The position numbers were made by a program, and so were the translations under genes. From the human T2T-CHM13v2.0 reference genome, Homo sapiens, in the NCBI RefSeq assembly GCF_009914755.1, contig NC_060937.1: a DNA stretch of 64,000 bases; one strand, given 5' to 3'. The notes under the pieces were generated by a model that had not been told where the DNA came from, searched no databases, and was given only the letters and a program-made list of their open reading frames with translations. The first letter of the stretch is position 1. Each line of letters starts with the position of its first letter. This document shows, one piece after another, positions 55,731 to 64,000 of the stretch.

Positions 55731-58700
55731 CATCCAACATAGTGTACCTCTCTTATATTCACCTTGTATGTTGGAACCAAGTGCTTGACAAAGAATATGG
55801 TAATGTATTCAACAAAAGCTTTGTGTACTAAATATAGACTGAGTTTTAAAGAGCATTTTTTTTTTCTTTTAGGAGTGTTGGCAGGTGTTTTACTATGAAA
55901 CAGGTCTCAGAAAGAGATGAGGACATGTTCTATTTTGAGATAAAAGCTTTACCTGAGATGTAGAAATGACACTGTAATAAATGCCATTACAGTTAATGAA
56001 ATCAGGATAGCAGCTGATTTTTATTTGATTGTTTGAGGCAAATTCTTCCAAATTTTCATGTACAAATTTTGAGCATAAACTGGCAGTACAACCTATTGTC
56101 AATCAGTCAGAGCTACTAAGTTGGTCTAAGCTCCATTCCCTTTTGTAGCCCTGGGTTGTAAGAAAAAAAGCATAAGAAAAATAGCTGTTAAAATTGTAGA
56201 GAGTAGAATTTACCTTGTCTTTACCATTACTTACATGAAAGGGCAGCAATTAATTATCCCATGAGAAACATTTGTAAAGCTTAGTTTACAAACTAGAACA
56301 AATGATTTTTAAAATCCTGTAATGCAGAATTGCTGTTGATACCTTGAAAAGTAAATGTGACAGTGTAGTGTTAATCATCTTAAAAAGGGAAATTTTAAAA
56401 CCCTGACTGCGGCAGATTTCCAAAGCACTGATTGTGTGTGCTAATTGTCTTTTGCTTGTTATTTCAGTTCCTTAGCTAGGAAGATTCTTAGCTGTGTCTA
56501 TTTTCCCCCTATTTTCTTCAGGCAGAAATTCCCTTAGGATGACTTGCCTGACAAAATCATTAAGTAGACGTTTTGTGAGTCTAGGTGGGATAACATTTGG
56601 AGATGACTGATTACATGATTGCAGCTAATTGTTTGTGGGACTTGGAAAGTCTCTAACATCTTTAAGGGGAATCCTTTCACTTGTAATCCATCAAAAGAAT
56701 TGCAGTTTTCTCTGAGGATAAGCTTCCTTTGGGGTGTCACAGAGAAATATTTCTGAGGCAACCTTGCACCAGCTTCCGTCTTTTTATTTTCTGATGAAAA
56801 TAATACGCTCTTTGTCACCAAAATACAATTTATAGCTACCAGGCCATCCCCAGCCATGATGTTTGCCCTTCAACAAGATTATTTGGGACCTCTTCTGGTG
56901 GCATGCAGGAAATTATAGACAGTACTAACTTTGTCCCGTTAGAACCCCACTGATCTAAAAGAATTGATAAAATTAACAAACAGGCTCATTCTGAGGGTAG
57001 TTTGCTTTTGAACAGAGCTAATTTATGAGTAAATTGCCTTAAGCATGTTCAACTTTAGTGTATTTTTATGCAAAGTATAATTATTACTCTGTATTTTCAG
57101 CCTATTCATCAAAGGCTTTGAGATAGTTTAATAAGTTATGGTTAATGAATAACTGTTAACTGTCAGACTACAGTGACTACATCGTGCCTGGAATCCCAGC
57201 TCCACATCAAAATCCTATCCGTGATCTTTGTGTTTTATATCTACGACAGGACAATACTAGTAACATAGCAAGTATTCAACAACTATTTTCAATAATTCAT
57301 TAAACAAACATTCACCAAATACCTTCTATCTATAACACAATGTGACTAACTTAGTCACTGTGGAATTATACACCAATACACAAGCACATATGTGTACATA
57401 CACCCACATATACACATGCACCCCACCCTTCAGGTTTAAGAAAAGGAAGGTCATCTATGTCTCAATCAAAGCTCTCCTACCTTGTTCTCATTACCACTGG
57501 TTTGGAAAAGTGTGTGATATTGAAGTTATGAAAAAATGGCTTTGGTATGTATGTGTTGTGTAGGGTAGTGAGAATTGCAAAAGCATAAAAAATCTTCCTC
57601 ATTTGTAACCTGTTATACATCTTGTACACAGCTTCCATGGTAATTTCATAAACTCTTGAATTGCAACCCTGAAATAAAACTGGTTTGTGGATGCTGTGGC
57701 AAATACAGAATTTGACAACATTTCTGTTCATTGGAGGCCTGAGCATTGTTTGGTGATAAATAGTAGCTGATGCCATGTGGAAGGGATAAGGATGAAGAAA
57801 TTAGACTGGGGACTGAAGAATGCGGACTGTGGTGCAAAGCCTGCATAGTACATATGTAGTCCAAATGTGCATCAGCCCAGAAATTAATTATTAAGTGGGT
57901 AAGAAATTGTACTCAGAGCTGAAAGTGAAAAAGACAGGTGTCGAGACAACTCTGTCAAATAGATCCTCCTCAATCAAGCCTAGCTAAGAACCTGGGTCTT
58001 TGGAAGGAGCTAATATTACAATCAGGTAACTTCCTTGTTCTGCCTCCTTTGGAAGCCGTTATACTTTTGCTCTCCCATGTAAGCTAGAAATGGGTCAGGA
58101 ACTGGAAAGAAAAGCATCCCTAAGGTCATACCACCTTGTTTTCTTTTCTGTCTTCTCATTCAGGCAGACACAGTAGAGTCTTAAGACTCAAGCTCTTTTC
58201 AAGGGCCTGAAAAGAAGAATGCTTTCATTATTTTTCCGATCACTAGCTCCAACCTCCTCCTCTCTTTGTTTACCTTGATGATGCTTGGAAGGTAGGTCAC
58301 ACTTGCTTAGCATGCAGACACCACTTTTAACTGCCTTTGAAGCAACAGATTAAGGAAAAAGGAAATGGATATTATATATGCAAAAGGGAGAATGCTTAGC
58401 GTCATTCCCTCAGCTAGTTGACCGTGCAGAAAAGTAATTGCCGACAGTGATTTGGGGCCTGCATTTTGCAGGCAGTACATTTAAGTACACGTATAAGCCT
58501 TTCTTAGCAAATGATCACAAACTCTGACTCTGTCACTTTTGTATTCTTATCTAGGTTTTTCTTCCTTTCTCCTCAGACACAGTTGTTAGGGTATAGAATT
58601 TTAACATGAATACTCAAACTCCATTTCTTGTGCTCTAACTGGAGTGTGATTAAACTTAGAATAGAATGCATTCCTTCCTGCCACGTAAACTGCAATGCAG

Positions 58701-58933
58701 GAGGAGAAACAGACTCTTCACACCACTTTGCTTGTTCGGATCCCATGAGCGTGCCCTTCATAGAAAGCAATATCCAAACTCTTCAGTTAGCATGCAAATG
58801 ATGCCATCGATCCCGTGAGTCATTTAGATGGAATCTAAAAGGCCATGTTCATGCCGTTTAGTCTGCTTGCTTATACCACTTTATTCACAGCACAATATCT
58901 AGGTGGCCCCTTGAGTCAAGAAAAACTCTAAAC

Positions 58934-59117
58934 CCATACTTCAGAAACTTTACCAAGGAGAAAACATCTCCTGCACAGTTTGTAAACAAAGATTCCTGGG
59001 CTAGACCCCAGAATGTAGCAGGTTGACAACAGGAAAGACCCGATCATTGTTCCAGCTCTAACAAACTCTGGGAGGATTCTGATGTTGCTGGTCCATGAGC
59101 CATTTGGGGGACACTGC
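58934..59117. mobile_element. MER5A-like hAT-Charlie MITE
   Basis: agattcctgggctagaccccaga, ctaacaaactctgggaggattctgatgttgctggtccatgagcca...cactg. Confidence 0.6.
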
Positions 59118-59372
59118 CCCTTGCTGAATGGCCCACATTGAAATCCCCCACAACCAGGTACCTAAAACAATGCACATGTGCACGCACGTGCCCCACCTCC
59201 CCACCAAACACACACACAATCTGCTTTTATTTAAGGCAGGGGATTTGGTAGGTTCATTTCAACAGGGCAGTAACACTTATCTTCTTTACAAGACATCTCA
59301 GCTGCCTTTAAGGAAATAGCAGGGAGAGTTAGAGAGCCATTAGGATAGACTGTTGAGAACATTCCTGACTTT

Positions 59373-59541
59373 ATTTATTTATTTTTTTATTATACTTTAA
59401 GTTTTAGGGTACATGTGCACATTGTGCAGGTTGGTTACATATGTATACATGTGCCATGCTGGTGTGCTGCACCCACTAACTCGTCATCTAGCATTAGGTA
59501 TATCTCCCAATGCTATCCCTCCCCCCTCCCCCCACCCCCCC
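59373..59541 (-). mobile_element. L1PA2-type 3' terminal fragment
   Basis: Reverse complement gives cctaatgctagatgacgagttagtgggtgcagc...cacaatgtgcacatgtaccctaaaacttaaagtataataaa; TSD acattcctgacttt at 59359-59372 and 59542-59555. Confidence 0.93.
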
Positions 59542-59811
59542 ACATTCCTGACTTTAAAACCCCAAACAAAGGAGAAGCTGTTAATGCAGACATACATTCT
59601 ATGCCTGCTAGGAAAAGAGTATTGCTGACACATTGTTTTAGGACCATTTAAAACCTCTAATCAATTGGTAATTATTAATATTTATTACTGCTCTGATGAA
59701 ACCCTCAACATATATTTACTTTTTAAAGGTTGGTAATAAAAGCAGATAAACTGATAAACAATTACTCTTTTGGGGGACTTTTCCCCTGTTTAATTTGTTT
59801 CTCATTCCTAG

Positions 59812-59814
<3 letters not shown>

Positions 59815-59854
<40 letters not shown>
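59815..59854. repeat. (TG)20 microsatellite
   Basis: Perfect TG run. Confidence 0.97.
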
Positions 59855-59857
<3 letters not shown>

Positions 59858-61044
59858 ACATATGTATTCTAGTTTTGCTATGAGGAGGAAGTAAATTAAT
59901 ACCCATACTCTACTCTGTTCTTATTTTGGAGCCATACAATTACATCATTAAGTTAATCATGCCAGCAATTTAAAATAATCTAGTTATTTGGGAATAGTTA
60001 TTCAGAATGAATTGCTCCTTAATGCCTCTACACATGGACTGGTTTGATGGGAGAGCAAGAAGTCTGTAGGTCAGTGCAATATTTCTTTCTGCATTTTGCT
60101 GTCAGTGGCTTTCACTCTTGCCCTTGAAACGCTCAGAAGTACTGGATAAACAACATTATACCAGTCCTTATCTTTGTTATGGCTATTAGGGACAGATATT
60201 CTCATTAACTCTCAGCTTGTAAATTATGGGCCAGCCATTTACTGTACAGAATAATAAATTGTCCAGAACTATGTGTGTGCAGTTATTGGTTCTGAATGTT
60301 GGCTTTCCTGCTCAATGCAGTCTAGTTATTTGTAGAAGCCAGTCTGGAGCTCCTATGGATGAATTTATTAATTGAAAATGGATGCTGATTATGTTTTCTG
60401 CCATTTACCTATTCTCAGTTTCTCTTGAGCATAATTTTAATGCTGGCATATTCTGATTTTTTTAAATGACTAGAAACTTAAATATATATCAGAACTAACA
60501 CTTTCATGTTCTTCTTACATGCCTGCTTTTTGGAACCAAGTGATTCTTAATTGGATATTATATTTACTTGACATGAATAGTGGTTTTATAAGACAAATTT
60601 TGCTTACAGCAATATATGGTAAATGATAATGCAAAACAAAGTGTGCTTGATTTTCTCAGTGGAGAGGAAATAGAAGGATATTGGGGAAAAAAAACTAGTA
60701 GATTCTATGGCACAGTGGGCATTCAATAAATGGGTATTGAATTAGAGATTGACTAATTATTGGATAGTAACCACCAGAATTCAATAGAAGCATTTCAAAC
60801 AGTGCTCACTTTCATCAAGCTTGAGTTGGAATCTAAGATCTGTGGCCACCCTTTGTGGGCCTTTTCTGCTGCTGTGCAGGTTGCCCCATCGAGGGTAGTT
60901 TTAATGAGGTTGCACATGCATAATCAGCTATTGTCTCTGAAAGGAGGCTGTCACCGTTGTAAGGTAGTTAGTCCATTGGCACAATGGCTTTCTTGGATCA
61001 GCAATGTATGGAAAGCAGGAGGCCTCTTTTAAAAGAACACAGGG

Positions 61045-61526
61045 TATATATGTGTCACATTTTCTTAATCTAGTCTATCATTGTTGGACATTTGGGTTGG
61101 TTCCAAGTCTTTGCTATTGTGAGTAGTGCCACAATAAACATATGTGTGCATGTGTCTTTATAGCAGCATGATTTATATTCCTTTGAGTATATACCCAGTA
61201 ATGGGATTGCTAGGTCAACTGGTATTTCTAGTTAGCAAACTATCGCAAGGCCAAAAAAACCAACACCGCATGTTCTCACTCATAGGTGGGAATTGAACAA
61301 TGAGAACACTTGGACACAGGAAGGGGAACGTCACACACCGGGGCCTGTTGTGGGGTGGGGGGAGGGAGGAGGGATAGCATTAGGAGATATACCTAATGTA
61401 AATGACGAGTTAATGGGTGCAGCACACCAACATGGCACATGTATACATATGTAACAAACCTGCATGTTGTGCACATGTACCCTAGAACTTAAAGTATAAT
61501 TAAAAAAAATTAAAAAGTAAAAAAAT
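61045..61526 (+). mobile_element. L1PA4/5-type insertion with 5' inversion
   Basis: 61045-61233 is L1 in reverse, 61234-61526 is the L1 3'UTR plus A tail in forward; TSD aaaagaa(c/t)acaggg at 61031-61044 and 61527-61540. Confidence 0.93.
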
Positions 61527-62945
61527 AAAAGAATACAGGGAAACCAGATAAGCATTCTAATCATGTAATCACTCTACTGTTCACAGAAGTATAAAATAAG
61601 CCGACCGAAAATGGCTGAGGGGGTACAGGAGGAGAAACCTAATGATTCCAGCTCAGAATGGAGAAAGCAGATGTACATTTAGGAGCGTTGTAATAAACAA
61701 ATGTGCGTTATTTCCTCTTTCAAGGTGCCAAGCCTTCCAAGATTTTGGCAGCTTTGTCCTGTGACACAGCAGGCATTCCATTCTCTCCTAGGCAGTTAGA
61801 GCAGATCCTGACATGACTGCTTTTGATACTCATAATCACAACCTGATGGAAAAAACTCCTGAATACATTAGGCATCAACCTGAAGACAGACTTCTAGGAG
61901 GTACAAAAAAAAGATAAAAGATGTAAAAGATAAGATATGTTTTGCCAAGGAGGTCATCTTCCCCCATTTCCTTAACAAGGATGAGCAGGGATGATGAAAT
62001 ACTATGAAATACAGGTTGATGTGGTATAATCATGACAGAGTTTATGTTTCTGGTACTGTTTTGTATCTTTGTTCTTTCATATTTGGTCTTTATTTTTTAA
62101 TTCCACAGCATTTCAGCTTTGCTAAGGGATAGCAAAGGAAGCTATCTGGGTTTGTGATGGGGCCAGGGTTTTATATGGGAAATAGAATGCATCTGGCAGC
62201 TGAGACGTTGGTGTGGGCCTTGGAAATCAAAGTGATACATGCATAAAGAGGAAGTGAAACTTGCAGAGCTATCAGAGTTGGGGCTACTTACACCAGCTGC
62301 CTCGGGCCTCCTGCCCATTCCCAGTCTGGAGATGCATCTTTGAGAGTCAAAGGGGCTTGCCTTATTTTAATAGAGGTTTTAATATGCCTCATTCCACTGC
62401 ATCCCAAGACCAGGAATTATAGATTCCAGTGCTATTCTATAAGCAAACTCAATTAAAGAAGAGCAAAGAGAGCAAGGTTATATTGAGCAAAGGCAGAAGA
62501 TGGGCCCCAGAATAAAAAAGCCATGTTTTTGTTGGGCCTTGATTATCTAATACTCAGAATATTTTAATATGAATATATTTACAATAAATAGCAATAAATC
62601 AAAGATCATGTTGGACTTATCTATTGAAAAACTTGTTCTAAGGGCAACGGTATGAGGAAATAAACTGATATTTATTAAGCACCTTCTGTGAGCAATGGGG
62701 CTAGAAGCATTCTTTGAACAATGACTAAGGGATGTTAAGAAATCCACCGAAGTTATATAAGTACATCAGTGTTCATGAATGGGTATATAATAAGCCTTCA
62801 ATAAGAAGAACATTTCTGCAAGTTATTGTAATATTGGCCAAAACATGGTCCTTCCTCTCATGTAGATTACAGTATTGATTGCCATCTTGAGAAGTTTTGA
62901 TTTTCTTTTTTGGGAATGGAAGAAGTTTGAAATTTTCTTTGTTGA

Positions 62946-64000
62946 AATTCCTGGCAAGATAGCCGAATAGGAACAGCTCCAGTCTGCAGCTCCCAGCGAG
63001 ATCAACACAGAAGGTGGGTGATTTCTGCATTTCCCACTGAGGTACCCAGGTCATCTCACTGGGACTGGTTAGACAGTGGGTCCACAGAGGGTGAGCTGAA
63101 GTGGGGGAGGGGTGTGTCACCTCACCCAGGAAGTGCAAGAGGTGGGGGAACTCCCTCCCCTAGCCAAGGGAAGCCCTGAGGGACTGTGCCATGAGGAATG
63201 GTGCATTCAGGCCCAGAAACTATGCTTTTACCATGGTCTTTGCACCCTGCAGACCAGGAGATTCCTTTGGGTGCTTATGCCACCAGGGCCCTGGGTTTCA
63301 AGAACAAAACTGGGTGGCTTTTTGGGCAGACACCAAGCTAGCTGCAGGAGTTTATTTTTTTCATACCCCAGTAGCGCCTGGAATGCCAGTGAGACAGAAC
63401 CGTTCACTCCACTGGAAAGGGGGCTGAAGCCAGGGAGCCAAGTGGTCTAGCTCAGTGGGCCCCCTATGGAGCCCCCTATGGAGCCCTGCAAGCTAAAATC
63501 CACTGGCTTGAAATTCTCGCTGCCAGCACAGCATTCTGAAGTCGACCTGGGACACTCGAGCTTGGTCCGGGGAGAGGCATCCACCATTACCGAGGCTTGA
63601 GTAAGCAATTTTCCCCTCACAGTGTAAACAAGGCCACTGGAAAGTTCCAACGGGGCAGAACCCACAGCAGCGCCTCAAAGCTGCTGTAGCCAGACTGCCT
63701 CTCTAGATTTCTCCTCTCTGGGCAGGGTATCTCTGAAAGAAAGGCAGCATCCCCAGTCAGGGGCTTATAGATAAAACTCCCACCTCCCTGGGACAGAGCA
63801 CCTGGGGGAAGGGGCAGCTGTGGGCGCAGCTTCAGCAGACTTAAACATTCCTGCCTGCCAGCTCTGAAGAGAGCAGAGGATCTTCCAGCACAGTGTTCGA
63901 GCTCTGCTAAGGGACAGACTGCCTCCTCAAGTGGGTCCCTGACCCCTGTGTCTCCTGACTGGGAGACACCTCCCAGCAGGGGTTGACAGACACCTCATAC
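62946..64000 (+). mobile_element. L1PA7/L1PA8 5'UTR (internal promoter region), continuing beyond the window
   Basis: ctggcaagatagccgaataggaacagctccagtctgcagctcccagcgagatcaac..., gggacagactgcctcctcaagtgggtccctgacccc. Confidence 0.92.

Noticed and set aside
56500-56570. Polypyrimidine tract plus CAG acceptor-like site (ttttccccctattttcttcag)
   Set aside because: No supported exon, donor or coding frame; such motifs are common in AT-rich DNA
62773-63678. Several overlapping ORFs in GC-richer sequence that could suggest a gene or CpG-island promoter
   Set aside because: All lie in or overlap the L1PA7/8 5'UTR; CpGs are decayed

Overview
Human (hominoid) AT-rich, CpG-depleted genomic DNA, intronic or intergenic. 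I see no credible protein-coding exon, rRNA/tRNA gene or CpG island. The ORF track is explained by Alu/L1 remnants, simple repeats and chance. The window is a mosaic of interspersed repeats: about 14 Alus (J, S and Yb lineages), old L1M/L1MA segments, three short L1PA insertions (one 5'-inverted), the 5'UTR of an L1PA7/8 running off the right edge, L2, L3/CR1, MIR, MaLR LTRs (MLT1) and DNA-transposon MITEs (MER46C, MER104, MER3, MER5). A near-consensus AluYb8 (27433-27740) points to a human origin. The most noteworthy items are: (1) a diverged Yb-lineage Alu with only 6 of 8 Yb8 diagnostics (55133-55459); (2) a TSD-flanked chimera of about 230 bp of unidentified sequence fused to an Alu 3' end (51209-51515); (3) a trimeric AluJ; (4) a twin-primed L1PA; (5) a perfect 24-bp palindrome with back-to-back TEAD motifs. 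I found no evidence for a new multi-gene biological system. Repeat subfamily calls come from remembered consensus sequences, not from a database search.
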